64,000 nt of DNA. It comes from Adineta vaga. Lineage: Eukaryota > Animalia > Rotifera. The stretch spans positions 13,392,001 to 13,456,000 of the forward strand of contig CP075494.1 in assembly GCA_021613535.1 (NCBI GenBank), read 5' to 3'. Positions 54,110 to 64,000 of this stretch are shown here, piece by piece; position 1 is the stretch's first letter; each line of letters begins with the position of its first letter. The notes beneath the pieces were generated by a model that did no database searches, was not told where the DNA came from, and saw nothing but the letters and a program-made list of their open reading frames with translations. Position numbers and translations under genes: made by a program.

Positions 54110-57100
54110 CTATTGCGTTTTTGTTCAGCTGCAATTTCGTCTTTTTTCTCTCTCAACGCTTCTAATCGTGAGCGGAAGGCATTGATCACTTCAAACTAAA
54201 AATGAACAAGAAAAAGTATATTCCAAAACCTGAAATGTTAACAATTCAAACCTCAGTATTAAGTCGATCGACACTCTTTCGAAGCATATATCGAGCAAAT
54301 ATCGGTGGTGGTGCGATCACAACTGTTGCATTTGTTAAATGAGCAACGGTAGAATATTTACCATATGTTGGCTTTTCCGTATCCTTTTCATTATCATCTT
54401 CAATATCATCTTTTTTCGGTGATCGTTTTTTCTCCGATTTATCATCTGATTTTCGACGTTGATCATTTTTGTCGTCATCTTCAAATTTCTTCTGTCGTTT
54501 ATACAAACATGGACAACAAATACGATATATGCCCGAAAAACATCGACTAAATGGTTCAATTGGAATAAATAACAAAATCTAAATCATTGAACATTTATCT
54601 ATAGAAAATAAAATCTTTTTTCATTTTTCAATAACAAACCTGTTGCCATACAAGTGAACCGAGACCAAAAAGTAAACTCCATGCCCATTGTTTAATATCT
54701 AATCGTGCACAACTGAATACTTTATCACCAAATGTGACAATAATGATCTATAAATGAAATGGAAATGTATTATATTTATCTATTTTTCATTTCTTACTTG
54801 TGCAATAAAGCAAAAGATCCAAATGCCATAAAAAAATGGATTTCGATGAATGCCTTTCAATACATTTCTTTCACCATGTAATTTTCGTGAATTAATTTCA
54901 TTAAATAATGTCATTAAAACAAATGCATTGAATACCAGAGTAAACTGTTCACTTATTTCTCGTCCTGCATGAGGATCTGATTGAATTTTAATAACAGTTG
55001 ATTCAACGTCGAGAAAATATTGTCCAGCATAAAGAATAACAAACATAATAATGAGTTGATATAAGGATTGACCAATAATATTACGCATCATCATTGATGA
55101 TATAATCGATTTTGTACGACCATATGGTTTTCGATTCAATAGATCTTCTGTTGGTGGTTCAGTTGCAAGTGCGAGAGATGCTAACGTATCCATAACAAGA
55201 TTAACCCAAAGCATTTGAACGGCTCGTAGTGGAACACTCTAGAATAGAGAAAGAAAGAAAGAAAAATGAATTGAAAACAAAGAGAAGAGAAGAAATCATA
55301 CGCTGATAGCTGCAGCTGATATAACGGATAAAACACCAGCAGAAAGATTAGCAGTTAATTGAAATTGAAGAAATTTTGCAATACAATCATAAACATTTCT
55401 TCCCCACATCATTGCTTTAACAATTGATGAAAAATTATCATCAGTTAAGATAATATCAGATGCTTGTTTAGCAACATCTGTTCCTTGAATACCCTTAAAA
55501 AAAAGAATTCAATTACAGTTAACTTTTGTATCTGTTCTTTGTATAGACGATGAAATTCATAGCTATTCAAACTACTGCGGAATGACATTTTCTGTGCCAA
55601 AAGTTTTTTCTAATGTCAACATTTCTTTTACTTACCATAGCAAATCCGACATCAGCACGTTTAAGTGCAGGTCCATCATTAGTTCCATCACCAGTAACTG
55701 CAACAACTTCTCGATTTGCACTTATTTGACTTTCGACAATACCATTGACTAAATTATATTTATCTTGTGGTGATGAACGAGCTAAAACACGTAATTTTGG
55801 CCAAACTTCATCAAGTTTCTTTTGTGAAATCTGTACAAAACAACAAAGAACATCAGTATGATAAAATTCGATTGTAAATATTCTCTTGGTTACCTTTCCA
55901 GATGAATCACGAATACGTTTATTAAATTCTTTGCCTTCTAATATAAGAAAATCATCTTCTGGTTTAATTATACCACATTTTGTTGCAATAGAACGAGCAG
56001 TCGTAATATTATCACCTGTTACCATTCGAACAACAACACCTGCTTTCTGACATTTTTCAATAGCTTCTGGTACCTAATTAGAACGAATAAATAAACATAA
56101 TGAAAACTTTCTATAATCCAAACTTACTTCGTCACGAACAGGATCTTCAATACCAACAATACCAATACATATTAAATCGTTAACAATTTTCTTATCATCA
56201 TCCCAATTTTGTTTCTCTTTACCAAGATCTTTATAAGCAATGCAAATTGTTCGTAAACCATCATTAGCCATTTTTTCGATGAAATCTTTTGTTATTTTTT
56301 TCTTCTCATCTTCACTTAAATCTCTTGGTTTATTATCTTTATCAATGATTGATTTACATCTAAGAATAAACAAGTAAATATATATATATACAAAACTTGC
56401 CATCATAACTTCTTACATTGTCAAAACCATTTCTGATGCACCTTTCGTATAAACTCGATAACCTTCTTCACGTTCGATAATTGTTGACATCATCTTTCGT
56501 GCAGAATTAAATGTAAAAACTTTAGCTAATTTTTCTTCAGGAATATTTTTACGAATTTCATCATATGATCCATCCCATTTTAGAACTAAATCAAGTAGAG
56601 CACATTCAGTTTTGTTGCCAACTTGTTTTGGTAAACCACTATCATCTTTAGATTTCTAAACATAAACATTAATCGATCAATTTCATAGAAAATTTCATTC
56701 CAACCTCAATTTTCGATGTATAATTTGCATTAACAGTCACAGCTTCGAAAAGAAGTGGTAATAAATCTTTATTAATTTCATCTTTTTTCGGTAATTTTTC
56801 AAAGTGTTTGTCTATGAAAAAAAAAAGATAGTAGTGAATAAATGAAACAATAATCAAGTTCATCTTACCATTGAAATAGGATTGAACGACTGTCATACGA
56901 TTTGTTGTTAAAGTTCCTGTTTTATCCGAACATATTGTTGAAGCATTACCCATAGTTTCACATGCATCTAAATGTCGGACAAGATTGTTATCCGTCATCA
57001 TTTTCTAATTAAATGTAAATAAAATAATAATTATAATTTCTATTATTGAATATTATTTACTTACTCGAACAGCATAGGCAAGAGCGAGTGTAACAGCCAG

Positions 57101-59883
57101 AGGAAGTCCTAGAAGTTTATTTCATTTTTTATATGTATTTAGTAAACATTGATGTATAAAAACCTTCTGGTACTGAAACGACGACCACAGTAATTGCTTG
57201 AATAAGAAATGAAATGAAATAAGAGACATCACCGGCTGATGCTTTCTGTTTTTTCACAACATAAGTTGTTATACAGAAACGAACAATTAAACAAACTAAT
57301 GTTAAAGCAGCAGCACTCATACCAATATAACCAATAACAAGAGCTAGTCGAGTTAATTTCGTTTGTAGAACGGCTAAAATATTATTTAAAAAAACATAAG
57401 AAAAATGTTCAACATTCGAATCAATTATTTTACTTACATTTTTGTTTACCACTTTTTGATCCTTCTTCTTCATCATCTTCAGCTGCATCCTTTTCAGCCG
57501 TCGCAGCTAATCCAGCTGGTTTCTTTTCAAGATCTTCTTTCGCATCTTTTTTCTTATTTTTATCATCCGATGGACTTGTTGTTGGACGATCATCACTTTC
57601 TTTTTGTTTGCTTGTTTCCGATTTTTTCTCTTTTTCTTCATCATCATCATCATCATCACTTTTAGTTTTCGTCAAAGTTTTCTCTTGTTTGTCTTTACCA
57701 TTTGACTTCTTTTCGGATTCATCATCATTAACTTCACTTGAACTGGATTCCTTGTTCTTCTTTTCTTCTTCTGATTTGTCTTTATCAAGTTCACTTGAAC
57801 TAGATTTTTTCGTTGCATTTTCATCTGCATTCTGTTTTTCTTCATCGGAATTGGATTCTTTCTTTTCTGATTTGATTTTATCGATTTCACCTGAACTTGA
57901 CTTTTTCAATTTTGGTTCAGTTGTATCTTGATCAGATTTTTTCTTTTGTTCATCGTCACTATCATCGCTTGCACTAGAACTTTTCTTTGGTTCTTCATCT
58001 GTTGATGCAGTTTTGACTGGTTTCTTCGTTTCAGATTTATTCTTATCATTATCATCATCATCACCATTAGAACTAGATGATTTCTTCGGTTTATCATCAT
58101 TGTTCTCCTTTGTATCAGCTGATTTGGTTGGCTTCATTTCATGTTCATCTGTACTTGATTGTTTTGCTTCGGGTAATTTTTTAACACGTGGATGATTTGC
58201 TGATGATTGTTTCGTTTCATTAACTGTCTCGATCGTTTGAACATTTGTATCCTTTTCATCAGATGTTGATCGATCCGGTGCAACTTTTGTTGATGAAATT
58301 GGTTTCGGTTTTTTGTCATTTTTCTTGCCATCTTCCTTATCTTTTTTCTTATCTTTTTTTCCCTTCTTTTTCGAATCATCAGCAGTAGCGCCAAGTAAAC
58401 TCATAATTGAACCAACTTGAGAATTCAAACCAACACCAACAACAAGCATTCGACCACTACCTTCCATAACATTTGTACCTGATAATAATCCGACATCTTC
58501 CTTCAAACTCTTTTTAACTAGATCAGTTTCTCCTATAGAAAGCAAAAAGAAAACAAATGATTCGATAATTTTCAACGAAATTCTCAACCTGTTATAGAAG
58601 ATTCATCAATTTTTAGATCACTTGATTGAACAATCAGACCATCAGCTGGTAACAAATCACCTGAAAAGAAAGCAACAACAGATAAAACTTAAATCAATCG
58701 TGTGTCATCTTCTACCATATTTTATAAAACATAGATCACCAACAACAAGTTCATTGACAGGAATTTGTTGTACACCATTATCTCGTATAACCGATGCTTG
58801 TTGATCTTTTTCAATTTTACTTTCTAATCCACGAAATTGACGTTCTTTTCTCCAATCATTAATTGCAGTAACGAATACGACAACAAGAACGGCCACAAGA
58901 ATGGCCACACCTTCAATCCATTCGAGATTAGCTAAAAAAACAAGCACAAATTTCCTTGATAAACTATTTCTCCATTTGTTATTTATAACTCTCCTTTTAT
59001 CAATGCATAATCCTAACTAATCAGAATACTCATATCATTTGATAAACCTTAGTCAATATCAAAGATCCTTTTTAATTCTAATCTTTGACGTAAATAGTTT
59101 AGTTACTCTTTTTTTTTCAATGACATCTATTCTATTGATATAGTTTTCTTTCTTTCACGGTGCAAATATTTTTCTACGCACATTATGAGAAATGACGTCC
59201 ATACTTGATTTTGTTTTTGTCACTGTTCTTTCAAAAAAAAAAAAACTTCCTTGCTTCGGATGTTCTGACGTCAAACAGTCAAAAAAACTTTCAAATAAAT
59301 TAAACAATTTCATGCAGACTAATTATATTTCATAGCAAATTGGAAAACGCTACTAGAAACAATCCTGACGTTATGAATTTACTTACAAAAATATGTTTTT
59401 TTCTGTCAGTAACTAACGAAATGTTTCTCTAATATTGATTGAATGTTAATAAACAAAAAAAGAACACTTACGTTCTTCTTCTTTATCACCGTCCGCTTTA
59501 GGTGGTTTATAAAATGATAAGCCAATGGATACAACAGCACAGACTAATAAAATAATCAATAACATATCATGAAGTGCCTCCCAACATAATCGAAGAAAGG
59601 ATTTCATTGGTTTAGGTGGAATTTCATTTTTTCCATAAGCTACGCGACGTTGTTCAAGATCTTGTTCATTATTAGAATCTAAACCTTTATTTCCATCAAC
59701 TTTTAATTTTTCTAAAACTCCTTGAACGCCATTGTATTCCGACGCTTTCAGTTTCTCCATTAGATCTTTCCCTCGTTCTTGCATGAGTTCCTTGAGTTGA
59801 TCCAATGTAATATCAAACATAGAAGAATCACCACCACCTGCAGCATCTGTAGCAGCAGCTTTTTTCTCCTTCTTGGATGCCAT
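54110..59883 (-). CDS. PMCA: Plasma-membrane Ca2+-ATPase (PMCA, P2B)
   Basis: Multi-exon gene: [64 protein letters not shown] (phospho-Asp), [42 protein letters not shown]. Last exon [13 protein letters not shown], stop TAG 54112-54110. Confidence 0.95.
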
Positions 59884-60960
59884 CTAAATTTGAAATAACA
59901 AAAAGAAAACGAAATAATAAGATCAGATATAAAATCCAAGAAGACTAATGTTGAAAATTCATTTTAATCAATTCTATTGAACTGATTTCTCTTTCTCTCG
60001 TCTGTCTTCTCTCTATTTTATTTAAATCAAGACCTTCAATCACAGGAAAAAAAAAGAACGAAACGAAACAAAAAATTACTCGTATTATTTACTTAGATTA
60101 CCATTTTTTTGTTCTCATTGCCCTTTCTTTTTCAAACTGTATGACAGTATGATGTGTATAATTTTCTTTAGATCAATATCTTCAACATTCTATTTAAAGA
60201 ACAAATTTTCTCTACTCCTTGCTTAACTAAATATAAACGTGAGAAAAAATGAAAAGAGAAAAGAATAAAAAAGAAGAACTTCATCTGATTACTGTTTACT
60301 CATCAATGTTATTAGTATTACTTCCAAACGACAAGAGAAAGAAAACAAGTTAAAATACTGTTTTTAATTAATTGTACTGTTTTTCGTTCTGTAAAAGCGA
60401 AGTAGTAGCAGTAACATAGTAACATAAAAGAGGATTTTTTTGTTGTTCTCTATTTCAACTTCATGACTTGAAAAAGTGACACGAATAATACATAAAAGAA
60501 GGACAAAAGAACAAAAGGAATTTGATACATCTTGGATATCTATAGTAAAAGTTTCGTGTATGCTCTACTACTTGAAGCTTGTAAGACTGTCGGTTTCTTT
60601 CTCTCTCTTTCTTTTTTTTTGAATACTTATCATGCGATCGTTTTTATTTGATGTAGAAGAGTTGTTTATGATGATTTAATATCATCCTACTGATGGTATT
60701 TCTCATAGAATAGATGATCATGATTAGTGAGAAGATTCCTATTTCTCTGACTATATTTACATAAAGATACAAGTGTTACATCATCATCATCATCATGCTT
60801 ATGGTCTATGATGTTTGTTTCCCTATGGAGCTGTCAATCATCATTAATTTTTCGGTAATTATACTTCACAGTATGTATCAGAAGAATTTTATTAATAGGC
60901 AATTAAAATGAGTCAGATCAATAGTTAATTATATTTGATAAAACAAAAATCAAATTTTAC

Positions 60961-61105
60961 CTTTTTTGGTTGTTTTATTTTAGTTTCTGGTATTGATTCT
61001 AATAATGGTTTTTCGACTTGTTTATCATCATCAATCTCATCAATTTCATCTTGATGATCTTTCTTAGATGTTTTATCATCTGATTTACTTGTAGTTGCTT
61101 CCGTC
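60961..61105 (-). CDS. Probable upstream alternative coding exon of PMCA (N-terminal extension)
   Basis: AG/GT-bounded exon encoding TEATTSKSDDKTSKKDHQDEIDEIDDDKQVEKPLLESIPETKIKQPKK. Its phase-0 donor matches the phase-0 acceptor TTTAG|ATG at 59883. Confidence 0.6.
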
Positions 61106-61989
61106 CTAGAAATGAAAGAAAAGCAATAATACACATTTCTTACATCAAAATTTGTCTATCAAAAAAAATCGTACGCATATGCAAATTGTGTTAATTATCA
61201 AGATTTTTCATCACACTCGTTACGGCACATCTATTTTTTTCTACGTCTATATTATAACCATATGACTACTGTATGAATGAGTATAATAACACGTGTATTT
61301 CAATAGGTCAATTGGTAAGAATGAGTAGATGACCCCTGATATTATGATAAAGAAGATATTTCATAATAGAAATAATCGAAAGAAAAGCAAAATACCAATG
61401 AAAATTGAAAATAGGGTTATATGATGTGCTTATCTTTATGTGAAATAAAAATAGATTTGAAAAAGAAATTCTTCACTTTTTATTTCGATATCAACACTCA
61501 AGGTAACGTTTATGAGTAGAACTTGTTAAATGATACGCATAGTACACAATAATGTATAAATGTATTCGTAATTTCAAACTTATTGTTATGTTTCATTTAA
61601 AAGTTTTGACTTTCTTCATTAATGAAGTGAAATCAATATGTAGTTAAAATAATATTGATAAACTTTTATCTGATATTCTAGAATTACAATCTAGTTTCCT
61701 TTGTCTTCATCAACATGTACTACTTTGTTGTAAAGAAGAACGTGATGTTTTTGAAAACGAATGCTAAATGAGAAGATTTGCATCATAAAATGAATGAACG
61801 TTTACAGATTATTTACTCCAGTTAAATTTATTTCGCAGATAGTTGTTTGTATATCAATATATGTATCTCATACGATAACGTTTGATCACTATCTAGCTTC
61901 AAAACGTATTTTAATATAGTAATATTCATTCAAGGGAAAATGCGTATAAGCCGTGTTGTAAAGTTCAAAAAAGTTATCTACAATGTAGT

Positions 61990-62555
61990 ATATCGGCACG
62001 GCCAGCCATCGGTCCCCTTCGTTGGGGTAGGTTAAAAATCAGTAATCTTGAAATATTATTAGGTTTGTTGAGCATTCTGAGTTACTCATCTGACATACAA
62101 AATCAATATCATTTTTCTTTCTCAAGAGTTTAACAACAGACATAATTACGAAATTTTAATGTTTTTTCGTTTCTGTCAAAATAATGGTTAAAATTCTGAA
62201 TGAAATTTTCAAAAGAAAACGAAAACGAAAACGAACTAATCGATTCATAGAAAACAATAAATTTAGTCAATACATGATAAAAGAAGTTAGATTTCATAAT
62301 TGAAAGTGTCATAAAAATGGCACTAAACTGTCCTCCGTAGAAAATGAGAAAATTAGTGAAATTCCGCAACGAACGATGTTTTTTAAATAACTTCACTATG
62401 GCTTGGGATAACTCAGTGGAATTTTCAGCGTTGGTAGAGCTAATTAATCTTCATATATGCCCGAAATTTCAGAAAGATCTCTCTTGTTATTGATGAGATA
62501 AATATCTTACAAGTTGAAAAAAATGAAATTCCGTAACGCTTGGCCGTGCCGATAT
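61990..62555. mobile_element. Candidate non-autonomous DNA transposon (MITE), about 560 bp
   Basis: Perfect 15-bp inverted ends ATATCGGCACGGCCA (61990-62004) and TGGCCGTGCCGATAT (62541-62555), read as an 11-12 bp GC-rich TIR plus an ATAT or TA target duplication. Internal GAAATTCCGYAACG repeats; no transposase ORF. Confidence 0.65.
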
Positions 62556-64000
62556 TCAAATTGGGAGGAATACTATCACGCCCTCTATCAACGGATTAAA
62601 GCTTTATCAACAAAAATGATTTCACTTACTACTCACATCAATTAATCGAAATGCGTATCTATCTGTTCTTTTTTGATAGAAGATTAAAAGTAAATCTACT
62701 CGTTCCATACAACTATTATTGTTGAATTTACACTACTTTAGATAAAAACGTCACAGTGCTTCTATAATACTTTTGGAAATTTAGAAAACATTTGTTGATC
62801 TACGATTAGATAATTTCAACCGTCATAGGTAATTTCTTTACAATGAAAGGAGAGAACATAGTATAAAATCTGTTCTTTTTATACCCCAAGTTTATTCCTG
62901 AACATCTGTCTATTTTCTATACATTTGATTCTTCGCCTCCCCAATAAAACCATTCAACCCTACAAATGCTTTTCAAGGTAAATTATGGTAGAAAAAAACA
63001 AACCACAATAACGCATCGTATAATGATAATAAAAACAATCAACAATGTTATTATTATTGCACAGGGAAAACGAATCACGTAGTTTGATTTGTTAATATTT
63101 CATCACCCGTCTAGTTATTTTATGATAATAAAAAATAAAAATCTTGTGAAATACGAGATCTTTTTCTGACTTATCATATTATTCATAATTAATCTAGTTA
63201 GATGAGTTGTTTTTTTCAATGTGAAAATCGATTTTTCGAACGCATGAAAAAAGAGACTCGGACCTTGAATAAGAATAGTACACTTACATGTTGCCGGTAA
63301 TATAAAGTAGAATGTCGTTCTCACGCCGATGCACGTTTTATTACAAATGGTATTGACTTGCACGCACTGCGTGCAAGCAAAAAAAATAAATAAAAGCTTC
63401 TAAAAAGAGAAGAAAAAAACCTATTAGTTATGAAAAGGATTTATACATTGTGATATGTGAATAATATATAAATGTATGCATATATATATACATATTCATC
63501 CAGGTAGATGAAGACGTCATAGAACATCGATAAATGTTGTATGGCATAGAATGTCTAGAAGATTGCAAGTGTTTTATTCTGATTGACGTGTAAATATCTG
63601 GAGTGAGTTGAAATACGTTTTTAATCGAATGGAGAATAAATATTCTTTTACTTGTTTTTCTTTCTGCGAACACTCCTTTTCTCATGTGACTATGTGAAGT
63701 AGAATATTCATCGAATTTTGCGGTTAGAATATTAGATGTGAGCCTATATTTCTTCTTCTTTTTTTCTTTCTTCTTTTCCCTTTAGAGCAAGAACAGACGA
63801 GAAAGAGGGAGAGAGAAAAATACGAACGTTAATTTTGTTTTTCTTATTCGAAACGTAAATATACACTTCATAAATGTATGAATATACATATATATAGCAT
63901 GTCAAATGGAATTATTTCCATAAAAAGAATAAAACAACTCTATCGTATAAAAGAGAGAAGAAAACGTGTTCATTGTAAAGTATACATTAAATATTAGAAA

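Noticed and set aside
57405-58394. Multiple alternative-frame and antisense ORFs in the PMCA insert
   Set aside because: Low-complexity shadows of the K/D/E/S-rich exon.
63428-63685. 85-aa minus-strand ORF as a possible first PMCA exon
   Set aside because: A phase-compatible donor exists but is weak (GTGTAT) and other candidates lie closer. It cannot be resolved without transcripts.

Overview
AT-rich, gene-dense eukaryotic (metazoan) DNA with many short, mostly 50-60 nt GT-AG introns. The combination of an hsp82/Hsp90 locus, a lineage-typical GPCR, an NHL protein, tiny introns and a foreign-looking glycosyltransferase suggests a bdelloid rotifer; this is inference, not established. I rebuilt about 20 protein genes by hand: GPCR, DPR-motif protein, makorin, Tbx2/3, synaptotagmin-like Slp4/5, CHMP2A, RNF14-like and RNF217-like RBR ligases, NHL protein, LRR-TM protein, PAICS-like, phospholipid scramblase-like (missed by the ORF track), STELLO/DUF288 fusion, Hsp90, myosin essential light chain, PMCA and several orphans. 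There are also two tRNAs (Tyr with intron, Glu) and a candidate MITE. The most notable observations: (1) a PAICS paralog with both active sites eroded; (2) a PMCA with a ~315-aa K/D/E/S-rich insert and a degenerate calmodulin-binding tail; (3) an RBR ligase with a duplicated, functionally split RING2; (4) one Slp intron holding both a tRNA 7 nt from the donor site and a same-strand 554-aa orphan ORF; (5) two otherwise intact genes each broken by one in-frame stop; (6) a two-domain glycosyltransferase of possible foreign origin; (7) five GAA units in exact 10-bp phase upstream of hsp82. No searches were run; family comparisons rely on recalled consensus motifs.
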